64,000 nt of DNA from Octopus sinensis (Eukaryota), in assembly GCF_006345805.1 (NCBI RefSeq), contig NC_043021.1, forward strand, positions 17,236,001 to 17,300,000. The letters run 5' to 3'. Under the pieces are notes generated by a model. The model worked only from the letters and a program-made list of their open reading frames with translations. It was not told where the DNA came from and ran no database searches. How positions within the stretch are numbered: the first letter of the stretch is position 1; the number at the start of each line of letters is the position of its first letter. Of the stretch, positions 27,201-40,730 are shown piece after piece. A program made the position numbers and the translations under genes.

Positions 27201-29384
27201 GGTCTTTGTTTTCCAAGCACATGCTTCCGGGTTCAGTTCCACTGCGCGGCACCTTGGGCAAGTGTCTTCTACTATAGCCTGGAGCTGATCAAAGCCTTGT
27301 GAATGGATTTCGGAGACGGAAACTGAAGGAAGCCAATAACGCGCGCGCATGTCTATGTACTTGTTCTGTACCACTGCTTGACAACCGGTGTTGGTTTGCT
27401 TACGTCTCTGTAACTTAGCCACCCAGCAAAAGAGTCTGAAAAACCAGGCTTAAAAAGAAAATATTACTGGGGTCGATTTGTTTGACTAATGTATGTATAT
27501 ATATATATATATGTATGTATGTATGTGTGTGTGTATTGTACAATAGAAATAAAAAGAGATTCTTTTTTCGAATGGAGAATTGCTGTTAGAACAGCAGTAC
27601 TATTGGGTAACTTACCCAAACAAAGCAGAAAAATCATCATCATCATCATTTAGCGTTCGCTTTCCATGCTAGCATGGGTTGGACGGTTCAACTGGGGTCT
27701 GGGAAGCCAGGAGGCTGCACCAGGCTCCAGTCTGATCTGGCAATGTTTCTACGGCTGGATGCCCTTCCTAATGCCAACCACTCCGTGAGTGTAGTGGGTG
27801 TCTTTTACGTGCCACCCGCACAGGTGCCAGACGGAGCTCGCAAACGGCCACGCTCGTTTATCTTGTAGTGGTTCTTGAGATATCTTGTCCGCAGACAAAC
27901 AAAGAAACAAACACCACTGAAAACAATATCTCCGCCTTCGCTAAGGTGGAAATGATAAAGACAATGAATTTTACTCGTTTGAATCTTTTAAAAAACTGTA
28001 CGAAAATGAAAATGGTTTTTTCTTTCTGTTTGGTTTTAATAGTCTGTGAGCTTCAACAGTGAAATGACAGAATTTAGCATTATGGGCAAGAATGTGACGG
28101 AAGTGGAAAGCCTGATCCGAGAAGTCTCTTACGTAAATGCCAGACATTACCCGACTCCAGGAAGACGTGCACTCAAGATGGAGACTGCTGTAGAGTAAGT
28201 GTTCCGGTTCGGTTTTTGAAATTCATCTGCCCTACCTTCCTATCCACACACACATGTATTGTTGGTTTAACTCTTCAGCATTTAAACTGGCCACATCCAG
28301 CCCATGTTTTTTTTGTGTGTGTGTTTGTGTTTTAATGTGTGTTTTTATGTGTTTTTTGTGTGTGTGTGTGTGTTTTGCGTGTGTTTTTGTGTGTGTTTTT
28401 GTGTGTGTGTGTGTGTGTGTTTTAATGTGTTTTTTTGTGGTTTTTTTTTTGTGTGTGTGTGTTTTGCGTGTGTTTTTGTGTGTGTGTGTGTGTGCGTGCG
28501 TGTGTGTTTTAATGTCTTTTGTGTGTGTGTGTGTGTGTGTTTTAATGTCTTTTGTGTGTGTCTGTGTTTGTGTTTGCATGTGTGTATTTTTTATGTGGTG
28601 TGTGTGTGTTTGTTTATTTGTGTTTGTGCCATAAAGGCAGAAATTTTATTTTTATATTTTATTTTTGTTTTTCAGATGCCAGAGTGTTGATGGTGAGAGC
28701 AGCCACACCCCGCTGTCCGGCGTTTCCCCTGTGGACGTCGACATTATTGTAATGCACCCGATGAGACCAATCATCACAGTCCAGGGCCTTTCCAACTTGA
28801 CCCTCACTCCGAGCCAACTGAAGGTCGGACGAAGAGTATTTAGTAACGTTGAGATCATTGTGAGCCAAGCTGACGATGAAGATGAAGAAGAAGATGATGA
28901 AGATGACGACGATGAAGATGACGACGAAGATGTGAGAGGTGAAGATGGAGATGACGACAAACTGAATGGTGTTTTCCCTGATGGTAACTTTCAAACATCT
29001 TCTCTAGTTTTCTTTTGTTGCTGTGGGTCAGTCCTGATTGAGTAGAGTTTACAGCCAAACACATCCTTTAGAGATTTCTATAACTATTTATCCATCCTTT
29101 TTTAATGCTATATTGTGTTTTTTTTTTACTTTGTTTGAGTAATTTACCCGGTATTTCTGCTGTTCTAACAGCCACTCTCCATTTGAAAAAAAAATCTTTT
29201 TGTGTTGTACAATACACACACACACACACACACACATATATACATACATATATATATATATATACATACATACATATACACACACACATACACACACATA
29301 TACACACACATATATGTACACATGCATACACACATACATATATACATACACATATATGCACACATGCATACACACATACATATA

Positions 29385-29422
<38 letters not shown>

Positions 29423-32296
29423 GACATATATACATACACACACATGTATATATATATATACATACATACATATACTTACACATATATGCACACATGCATA
29501 CACACATACATATATATTTATATATATATATATATACATAGACATATATATACATACACACACATGTATATATATACATACATACATATACACACACATA
29601 TATGCACACATGCATACACACATACATATATATATATATATATACATAGACATATATATACATACACACACATGTATATATATACATACATATACACACA
29701 CATATATGCACACATGCATACACACATATATATATACATATACATAGACATATATATACATACACACATGTATATATATATATATACATACATATACACA
29801 CACATATATGCACACATGCATACACACATACATATATACATATATATACATAGACATATATATACATACACACACATGTATATATATACATACATACATA
29901 TACACACACATATGCACACATGCATACACACATACATATATACATATATATACATAGACATATATATACATACACACACATGTATATATATATACATACA
30001 TATACACACACATATATGTACACATGCATACACACATACATATATATACATAGACATATATATACATACACACACATGTATATATATACATACATATACA
30101 CACACATATATGCACATGCATACACACACACACACACACACATAGGCATACATATACACATACACTCATGACAGGCTTCATTCAGTTTCCTCCTACCAAA
30201 TCCATGTACAAGGCTTTGGTTTCCCTGAGGCTATATTAGAAGACACTTGTCCAAGGTGCTGTGGAGCGGGACTGAACCTAAAGCCATATGGTTGCAAAGT
30301 TAGCTTCTTAACCACACAGTCCTAAATCCCTAAGCTTATTTATAAATCTTTTTAACCTTATTTTTTCTTTCCTGATATTTAATCCTCTTTTAATGACATT
30401 TTTTTTTCCAGAACATTAAAAAAAAAAAAATTAATTTTCTTCCTTTGTCTTTGCTCCAGCTGGTCTGTTTAAACCTCAAAGGAAAGAATTCCTTCTCGAC
30501 AGCTGTACCGTGACTGCTGAACCAATTCTCGATTTACACAAGGAAGTTCTTCTAACTCCACATAATTTGATCCAAAATCTCAAACTGGAAAGTAGTTTAA
30601 CTAATAAACGATTGCTGATTAAAAGTAAGTATAACACCATCCCTTGACTCTCATTGAGGACGAGGAAGAAGTGGTGGTGGTTGTTGTTGTTGTTGTTGTT
30701 TAGTAGATCCCATGAAGGCATGTGGCTTGGTGGTCAGGGTGTTCGGCTTGTGGTCATTGGGTTGTGAGTTCAATTCCTGGTGGAGCATTGTGGTCCTTGA
30801 GCAAGATACTTTATTCCTCATTGCCTCAGTCCACTCAGCTGGCAAAAACGAGTTGTACCTGTAATTCAAAGGGGGCCAGCCTCAATGAATTCTATGTCAC
30901 ACTGAATCTCCCTGAAAACTATGCGAAGGGTACACGTGCCTGTGGATTACTCGGCCACTCACATGTTGATCTCATGGGTAGGTTGTTCTGTTGATCGGAT
31001 TAACTGGAACCCCTCATCATTGAAACCAATGGGATGCCAGTTTTTATTTATTTATTTATTTTTTGCAATAAACTCCATCCCTTAGAACAGTCTTGCCCAG
31101 ACTTTTACCTGTTGTGCTTTTTCTTCTTGTTGTCATACTCTCTCTTTCTCCTGTTACTCTCTCTCTCTTCTGTCACATACTCTGTCTCGCTCCATCTCTT
31201 TCCCTCTTCCAACCACCCACTCATTCTCTCTCTCTCTTACTCTCACTCACTCTCTCTCTACTCACTCACTCACTCTCTCTCTACTACTCACTCACTCTCT
31301 CTCTATTACTCACTCACTCTCTCTCTATTACTCACTCACTCTCTCTCTATTACTCACTCACTCTCTCTCTCTTACTCACTCACTCTCTCTCACTCACTCA
31401 CTCTCTCTTACTCACTCACACTCTCTCTCTCTTACTCACTCACTCACTCTCTCTTACTCACTCTCTCTCACTCTCTCTTACTCACTCACTCTCTCTTACT
31501 CACTCATTCTTTCTCTTCTCCACCAGATGCTGACAAAGTGAGGGACTATATCACTGTGCTGAAAGAAATCCGTTACGTCCATAAAGACGGCAATTCACTT
31601 GGCAGCAGATATTTTGAATTGGTCTGCTCCTCTCAGAACGGCCGATTCCAGAGCAAACCTGTGAAAATAAAGGTAACCAATCATTTAAGAAGCAATTAAT
31701 TTCTTTCAACCATTCTGAGACCAGTTTTCTTGGTTCTATGATAAAAATTTCCTGTTTTAAAATTGATCGAAATTAAAAAACTTTCCATCAAAATTTCAGG
31801 CTAAATTATGTTCCTTAACTCCAGCCTAATAAAGTTATTTTACAAAATTCTTCATTATTTTCAAAGTTAATTAAAACAAAAGCAGTGCATTTCTGCAGAA
31901 ATATGATAAAGGAAATGGTTGACCGTTTTGGTACTGCTCCAAATTCTGTGATACAAACCTCCTGTTTCATCATAGAAGAACTGAATCTGTGATTCTCAAG
32001 AATTTTTGTTTTTTATCTCAGTACCTCTTTGATTACTATTTCATTCTGCCGCCCACCCCCTCCTCCCCATTTTGTTTTTCACTCATTCACTTCTACAGGT
32101 CGAACTATATAAAACATCTGAGAAAGATATTTAGGCGCAGGAGTGGCTGTGTAGTAAGTAGCTTGCTTACCAACCACATGGTTCCGGGTTCAGTCCCACT
32201 GCATGGCACCTTGGGCAAGTGTCTTCTACTATAGCCTTGGGCCGACCAAAGCCTTGTGAGTGGATTTGGTAGACGGAAACTGAAAGAATCCCGTCG

Positions 32297-32333
<37 letters not shown>

Positions 32334-33043
32334 TGTTTTGTGTCTGTGTTTGTCCCCCTAGCATTGCTTGACAACCGATGCTGGTGTGTTTACGTCCCCG
32401 TTACTTAGCGGTTCGGCAAAAAGAGACCGATAGAATAAGTACTGGGCTTGCAAAGAATAAGTCCCGGGGTCGATTTGCTCGACTAAAGGCGGTGCTCCAG
32501 CATGGCCGCAGTCAAATGACTGAAACAAGTAAAATAAAAATATATATATATATATATAGGTTCAGTAAAATTTAGATTCAGTTGAATATGGTACTTAAGT
32601 TAAAGGCACCAGAATTTAGTATAGTATTATCCATATAATTCAAAATGGGGTGATTATAATCAAAATAAGCAACAAGGATATCCAGAGGTAATGCAGTGCG
32701 ATCGTTATTTTAATGAGTTGTATTTATTTATCACCCGACGCGATACATCCGCATTGCTGGATGCTCCTAGGCCAGTTGTTGAGTGTCCCACTTGAAAGGA
32801 ATCGATGCTAGATGTGTCAAAACAATTGTCATGATTAATAATAAATTCTCGTATATTCCATCTGCAATATATATATATATATATATATATATGGTAAAGA
32901 CCCTCTTTGGTCATGAATGACCATGGGATTGCACCTAGAAAGTTCCCCTCTGGGGGAAAGGTTGTTTATGAAAGACCAATTAAATGGAATTGCATGAAAC
33001 AATTGTACTGCATTACTTCTGGATATCCTTGTTGCTTATTTTG

Positions 33044-33090
<47 letters not shown>

Positions 33091-33881
33091 CTTCTATCTA
33101 TAAATGTTCTAAAGTCTACTCAGCCTTGTTTTTTTTATATCTTATTATAAAAAAAAATTTATATATATATTTACCACATGAACTACAATGAAAAAAATAT
33201 GAGAAAGATATGGTATATAATTTTATTTTGTGCACGGTTTCCTTGAGACATGTAATTTTATTTTAAGGGTTCCACAAGGGTAAAATGCTTGAGAAACCTT
33301 GCTCTGCCTGCTCTATTCCACCAATCTCTGTTCTTGTCAATCCTATTCCACTGTTGTTGTCAATAATCTTCATCCTGTTCTGTTGCTCGACTGCTTTTCT
33401 AAGGAATTGTTATTTTTCTCTTTAGATCATGGCTATTCATGATGAAGAACCAGATACCAAAATACATGCTCATGCTCGACATAATATGGAAACACCGTAC
33501 AGCGACAATGAAATACATATGCTGGACAACATAAAAGCCACGGTTTCTACTGCTCCAAGTATGTTTGGACATCTTCTTTCTCATTTGGTTCCTCCTCTTT
33601 TTTTTGTTTTTTTTTTTCTAAATTTCATTTGGTTGGGTTTCTTGGGAGAGACATCATCATCATCATCATCATTCGTTTAATGTCCGTTTTCCATGCTAGC
33701 ATGGGTCGGACAATTTTGACTGAGGGCTGGCAACCAGATGGCTGCACCAGGCTCCAGTCTTGATCTGGCAGAGTTTCTACAGCTGGATGCCCTTCCTAAT
33801 GCCAACCACTCCGAGAGTGTAATGGGTGGCTGTGTATATTGAAATCATACAGCTTACATTTATAGCTGGGTGTGTAGATAA

Positions 33882-33949
<68 letters not shown>

Positions 33950-34734
33950 CTTCTATCTATAAATGTTCTAAAGTCTACTTACTCAGCCTTTTTTTATATC
34001 TTATTATAAAAAAAAATTATATATATATTTACCACATGAACTACAATGAAAAAAATATGAGAAAGATATGGTATATAATTTTTTTTGTGCACGGTTTCCT
34101 TGAGACATGTAATTTTATTTTAAGGGTTCCACAAGGGTAAAATGCTTGAGAAACCTTGCTCTGCCTGCTCTATTCCACCAATCTCTGTTCTTGTCAATCC
34201 TATTCCACTGTTGTTGTCAATAATCTTCATCCTGTTCTGTTGCTCGACTGCTTTTCTAAGGAATTGTTATTTTTCTCTTTAGATCATGGCTATTCATGAT
34301 GAAGAACCAGATACCAAAATACATGCTCATGCTCGACATAATATGGAAACACCGTACAGCGACAATGAAATACATATGCTGGACAACATAAAAGCCACGG
34401 TTTCTACTGCTCCAAGTATGTTTGGACATCTTCTTTCTCATTTGGTTCCTCCTCTTTTTTTTGTTTTTTTTTTTCTAAATTTCATTTGGTTGGGTTTCTG
34501 GGAGAGACATCATCATCATCATCATCATTCGTTTAATGTCCGTTTTCCATGCTAGCATGGGTCGGACAATTTTGACTGAGGCTGGCAACCAGATGGCTGC
34601 ACCAGGCTCCAGTCTTGATCTGGCAGAGTTTCTACAGCTGGATGCCCTTCCTAATGCCAACCACTCCGAGAGTGTAATGGGTGGCTGTGTATATTGAAAT
34701 CACAGCTTACATTTATAGCTGGGTGTGTAGATAA

Positions 34735-34773
<39 letters not shown>

Positions 34774-37700
34774 TTTGCTCATCATAAGACCTGCAATTAA
34801 AGGATAGCAGTGTTATATTTCGTATTTGATACTCTCTATCCTGACCATTTCTCTTTTGCCAGTCATCACTCTCTCTCCCCTAGGTCATATATTATTGACA
34901 TCCATCACTTTTCCTTCACAATTGTCCACCTCCATTACTATCCATTATACACTCTCTCTTTCTCTCCTACCACCCCCTCACCCTGATGTGTCCACCCTCA
35001 CATTTTTGCTTACAAAATGATTGTGTGTGTCTTTTGGTGGAAGATGTACACATGGGTACGTATAACTAATGGACCTGTTAGTTTTGAAAATATGTAGCAG
35101 TTTGCTTTGTTAGTTTTCTAAATATAGCGAATCAATGATTGGCCCATTGCAGGTCATGTGACCCTTGGTATTATCATAATCCATGATGAAATAATGAAAA
35201 TGTAATAAAAAAGAAGAAAGAAAAAAAAACGAACAAATACTATGCAGAGAGGTGATTGACTGAGCAATATTATTGTACATTAGTACAATAACCTATCCTG
35301 CTGACGCCAAGTGACTGATAAATTATCTTGGAGAGATAATAATAGAACTGTTATGGTTAAAATAGAGAACAGGGTGGCACAATTGGGAGAAAATACCTCA
35401 TTCTGGGTTCACATCCTTCCCAGAGCACTATGCTGGTTTTCATTCTTCTGAGATTGGTAAAATATGTCCAGGACTTCTATACATTCCATGAGTCTCTGGG
35501 TGTGCATCTGGAAAGTTCCTTCCTATAGTACAAGTCCAGACTAAGTTTAAAAAAAAAAAATCTTATATTATCATCATCATCATCACTACTATCATTGGTC
35601 TGATCTGGCCAATTTGAATCTAAAACTGGTAGAATATTGGGGCCATATATAGTCTGGCCTGTTTAAAAGATATGTCCTTAATGATATGATTTGAGGGTAT
35701 CTGACTGCTATTTCTAGCAGGTTGATTGCCTGATTAGAGCCATGGTTCTCGGCCTTTTTAATATCCAAGCCAAATCCAAAACCTGGATTTCTTTTTAAGG
35801 GGTCACACCAAAATAAATAAAACAAGTGAATTAAAAAATTTATATTTATAGAGAGAAAACTTTAGAGCAAAGTTTCTCAAACTTTTTGGGCCACTGCCCC
35901 CCTCATGCCCCACCCCTATTTTTATGCATAAATAAATATTTTATATTTTACTAATTTATATATACTATGAATCATTTGATATTTAATATAATATATGATT
36001 TAAATACAATACTATAATATTATAAATTCATAACGTCCCCCAATCCACTGCCTTCTTCCCAACGCCTCCTTTTTCTCTACTGCCCCCACCCTACGCCCTT
36101 CGACATTAGCACCCAACCTGGAACCTCTCAACACCCACTGCGGGGCGGTAGCGCCCACTTTGAGAACCTATGGTTTAGAGGCTCCTGGAAGCATGTTTGA
36201 AGCATCCTGGATGCCATCTGTGACCCTGGGGGCTGCAGTTGAAGACCCCTGTGCTAGAGACTCCCTTGCTTGGTTGAATCTGAGCAGTTAATTAACTCAT
36301 ACTGAAAGAAATCCTTGTTACTGTTCAGCTTTAATTATTCAGCCTTGTTAATTGTATTTCAAATAAACAATTCATCTCTAGGGATCAAAGATCTTTATAG
36401 ATAATAAATCACAGATAAAAGTTTGTTTATCAATCACCTACTATTCATTATTTCTATTTTGTTTTTCCTCTCTCTCTCTCTTTTTTTTTTCTCACAAACA
36501 CTTCAAGGTCTCTCCCTCCTCATCCCACCCCTCTGCCCCAACTTATTCTCCTTCCTCTGTTTCCTTCATTGTCTGTCTGTTTGTCACTGTGTCCACTGGA
36601 TTAAACACGTTGCTCTTTCATTGTGGTGGTATCATAATGGCAGGCGTTTACAATCAACTTTTGCTTTTCTTACAGTCTGGTAGGTGCAAATATTTGTCTT
36701 CAATGGTTCTTTTTACCCGGCCCTTTTTCTTTATATATATATCTCTCTCTATATAAACGGCAGTTTGTCTGTGCGTGTTTCTGTGTGTCTGTTTGCTTGT
36801 ACCCTCACCCTGACCACGGCTTTCAACCGATTCTGATGAAACTTGACACACACATAGCCCAATGTCATAATTCAAAACTAACGCAGCAAAAATTTTGAAA
36901 AGTTCCCCCAGTTCTGAAAAAAATCGATAAATTCGACATGGGGTCGAGAATCAGGAACACAAACCACAAACTGTGTAGGGGACGCAACTCCACCTTTTTT
37001 AACTATCAAAAAAAAATTTACCATCATTTTTTTCCATTTTTTTGCTATTTTTTGGCTATAACTCTCTAAAAATGCTTTATAGTTATTTCCCTTACAAACC
37101 TGAGCGACGCCGGGCGATACTGCTAGTATATATATATATATATATATATGTTTTATTTTTGGAAATACTATAGTATTTCTGATTTTGATAATCAGTGAAT
37201 AGACTTCACTGAAATTTAGATATATACATTACGAGTCGAGGCAGATGTCAACAGCTGACCGGTGTCTGCTAGTCTAGGCCGACGAAGGACAATCATCCTG
37301 AAACACGTGTCCCTAGATGCAGCCCGGGCGGCTGGGGGTATTTGTCTCCCCTTCGTAAATGTATATAAGGACACAGGAAAAATGTGTCAAAGCCATCAGG
37401 AGGCGTCGATGCTTCCTAGGGCTAAACAGCGGTGGTGCACCCCCCCCTACTGTCACGTTCGTGTTAGATTGACAGTATACAACCATTCTGTTTTATTTTT
37501 GTTGTTCAGAAAAAATTTGTTTTTGGGTTCATTGGTGTATGTATTTTTTTCTATAGCAAAACACTGTTCCTGTCCCTCTTATTTTAGTCCCTATACACCA
37601 GGCACATACCACCTTCCTTTTCTACACCCTTCCCCATTCACATTACTCAGGGATTCCACTGGTGCTGGTGTCATTGAAAAAAAAAGGCACCCAGTACACT

Positions 37701-40686
37701 CTGTGAAATGGTTGGCTTTAGGAAGGGCATCCAGGTTGCCCAAGAAGAGAGTGGGGACCAAAACAGGCTTCAGGCTAGTTGGATCCTATTGAGTTGTCCA
37801 AATTATTTCACTGTGGCCCTGACTCACCGCAGTTACAATGCCAAATGTTCCAGTTGATCCGATTGATGAATCAGTCTGGTCATGAAATTAATGTGCAAGT
37901 GGCTGAGTATTCCACAGACACATGTACCCTTAACGTAGTTCTGAGGGAGATTCAGTGAGACACAGAGTGTGACAAGGCTGTCCCCCTTTGAATTACAGGT
38001 ACTACACATTTTTGCCAGCTGAGTGGACTGGAGCAATGTGAAATAAAGTGTCTTGCCCAAGGATACGCTATGCTACTGGGAATTGAACTTGTGACCTTGC
38101 AGTCATGAGCTGAATACCCTAACCATAATGTCACATACCCATGAACATGGACAATAAGCAATGGTGAGGACGGTGCAGGGATTTAATCATTTTAACATCT
38201 ACTTTTTAATGTCTGCATGGGTCAGATGGAGATTATTGCCGCAGATTTTCCAGAACTGGATGTTGTTCCCTTTTGCCAACCCTTACCTGATTCCAAGCCT
38301 GGTAATATTTCCCCTAATCTTATTCAATCTGAAGAACTCAATGGCCAGGTTGATTTTGCAGAAGATTGAAAAAGAAATTAGGGCATTGGTTGACCTGAGG
38401 CTAAAGTACAGGATATTTGGCCAGAGGTGCCACACATTGGGGTTGAACATGAAACCTTGTGGTTACGAAACAGATTTCTTAACCACATAAGCACTGCATC
38501 TTTGTATGTGACCATGTGTGCACACAAGCGTGAATGCACTTGCTTGCTGACTGACCGACCAACCGACTGACTTGCTCGCTCGGTTGGTCATGTGGTCAAG
38601 GAGTTTGCTTTCCAGTCTCCAACCCCACATGGTTTTAGGTTCAAATCCCGCACTGCATGGCCCCTTGGCCAAGTGCCTTCTTTTATACACCCTCAGACTG
38701 ACCAAAAACCTTGTCAGTGCATACATAAAATAGTGGTGGCACCAGTGAAGGGGATGGTTAACATTTGAAAGCCTTCCTTCCTAGTTTAAGTCTGAACTCT
38801 GTCCCACCTCTGTCACCCCATCCCATGCCCTTCTCCATACCTTTACCTAATCTCTCGTCCCTCACTTCTCTTTTGACTCTTTAGTATAAATAAGGATGTG
38901 TGTTGGGAGAGGAGGGCCATTACTGATAAGAGATTATCTTCCACACTATTGTCATAATCTACTATAATAATACTCTTGTGTTTTTCTCCGTCACATCATA
39001 CGAATGAGAAAGGAAGGGGTGATGGTAAACTTGGTAGTGGGATGATGGAAATTCTACAGAGGAAAAAGAAAATCAAACAGCGTTTCGATTCTGAGTAGAC
39101 GTGTGTGTGTGTGTGTGTGTGTATACAACTAATTTACATATTCACAAACTCTAACAACTGTCTGGTATTAATCCTTTGGAATTAAAACCAACCATATCCA
39201 ACCCAGATATTCTACCTGTTTTATGTTCCAAACCAGTCAGATTTGGCCTCTTACACCTACCCTACAATGTCATTCTAAAAATAAACAATCACATCATTGA
39301 AATCCCAAAACTCTTAGACAATGTATGATTAATTCAAAACAATGTGAATAAATTAAGAATAAATTTGACAAAGAAATCTGAAATCTGAAGGGTTAATGGA
39401 AGAACCATTCCTTGTTTCTGTCCCTCATAACTCTGTTGTTGTTATGTTGGAGTATAAATGATGCCAGTCGAATTAATTGCCTGTTAAATTTGTTTCAGAT
39501 TTTGGCATGGCGGCCATCATTGTCATTTGTGTTGGTTTCCTGCTCTTCATGATCATCTTGGGTGTCATTCGGATCCGTGCGGCCCACAAACGAACCCAGG
39601 TGGTTGCTGTAGATGAGAAGCAGGAAATGGAATGGGATAACTCTGCACTTAACATCACTGTGAATCCCATGGATCAGGTAAGAAGACATGGTCTGCATGG
39701 TTCTGTGAGTGCCCGAGTGTCTGAATGCCCGAGCGTCTGAATGCCCGAGTGTCTGAATGCCCGAGTGTCTGAAAGCCCGAGTGTCTGAAAGCCCGAGTGT
39801 CTGAAAGCCCGAGTGTCTGAAAGCCCGAGTGTCTGAAAGCCCGAGTGTCTGAAAGCCCGAGTGTCTGAAAGCCCGAGTGTCTGAAAGCCCGAGTGTCTGA
39901 AAGCCCGAGTGTCTGAAAGCCCGAGTGTCTGAAAGCCCGAGTGTCTGAATGCCCGAGTGTCTGAATGCCCGAGTGTCTGAATGCCCGAGTGTCGGAATGC
40001 CCGAGTGTCGGAATGCCCGAGTGTCGGAATGCCCGAGTGCCCGAATGCCCGGGTGCCCGAGTGTCTGAGTGCATAATTTTTTGTCACAACTATTGAAGTA
40101 CATCCCTTTCAAAACATACCCATTCCACCAAAATTACCCTAAAATCCCTGCCCCTAGCAACTTTCCAGTGGTACCATGTGTTGCCATAAGTTGTTTTAAA
40201 AATTATTTTTGATCAAAATTTTGACATTTACTTCCCACCATCTCTCCCACACTATTTGTACTCTTTTTATATATATTTTTTATACTATATATATTATATA
40301 TATATATTTATATACATTGTATTTTATATATATTTTTTATACTATATATATTATATATATATATTTATATACATATGTATTTTATATATATTTTTATATA
40401 CTATATTTGTTTTATATATATATATAGCTGGCTGGATCACCGTCATTATCTCCCTTTCACTTAGCTTCTTTCTTCTGGTCATTTCATTACGTCGAACTAT
40501 TAATCCATAACACAATTTCTTCCATTCTCTCTCCATCTTTTCCTCCTGATCCTTTCTGTCAAAGAGCATAGGCTCGAAACGTAAAAGACTTTTCCGTTCT
40601 TCCCAAGGGCATTAAACTAATACACCTGCTTGTTCTTCCTACACCTATCTTTGTCTTTTTGTGTTCTGTAAATTTGAACTATATAT

Positions 40687-40730
<44 letters not shown>

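Larger units (their letters stand above)
33048..34771. repeat. Tandem duplication, about 857-bp unit x2, bounded by (TA)n tracts
   Basis: 33081-33895 recurs at 33940-34750 almost identically; the differences I saw are confined to homopolymer/low-complexity runs, mostly small indels. Confidence 0.95.

Noticed and set aside
29068-30181. Long ORFs (up to 346 aa) rich in Y/I/H/T or C/V/M
   Set aside because: Translations of (CA)n/(TA)n microsatellites; no codon complexity; same for ORFs at 1407-1927, 40659-41530 (5' part), 43678-44107 and 61979-62519.
30412-30459. Alternative upstream acceptor 48 nt before the exon at 30460
   Set aside because: In frame but reads GAA CAT TAA (immediate stop); no support for use.
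36828-36845. CTGATGA-AAC as hammerhead core
   Set aside because: No stem II or flanking stems; it is the Helitron-type subterminal motif.
39495-40112. Repetitive ORFs ([14 protein letters not shown])n and CRISPR-like regular repeats
   Set aside because: Pure 16-bp tandem repeat with no unique spacers, eukaryotic intron, no cas genes.
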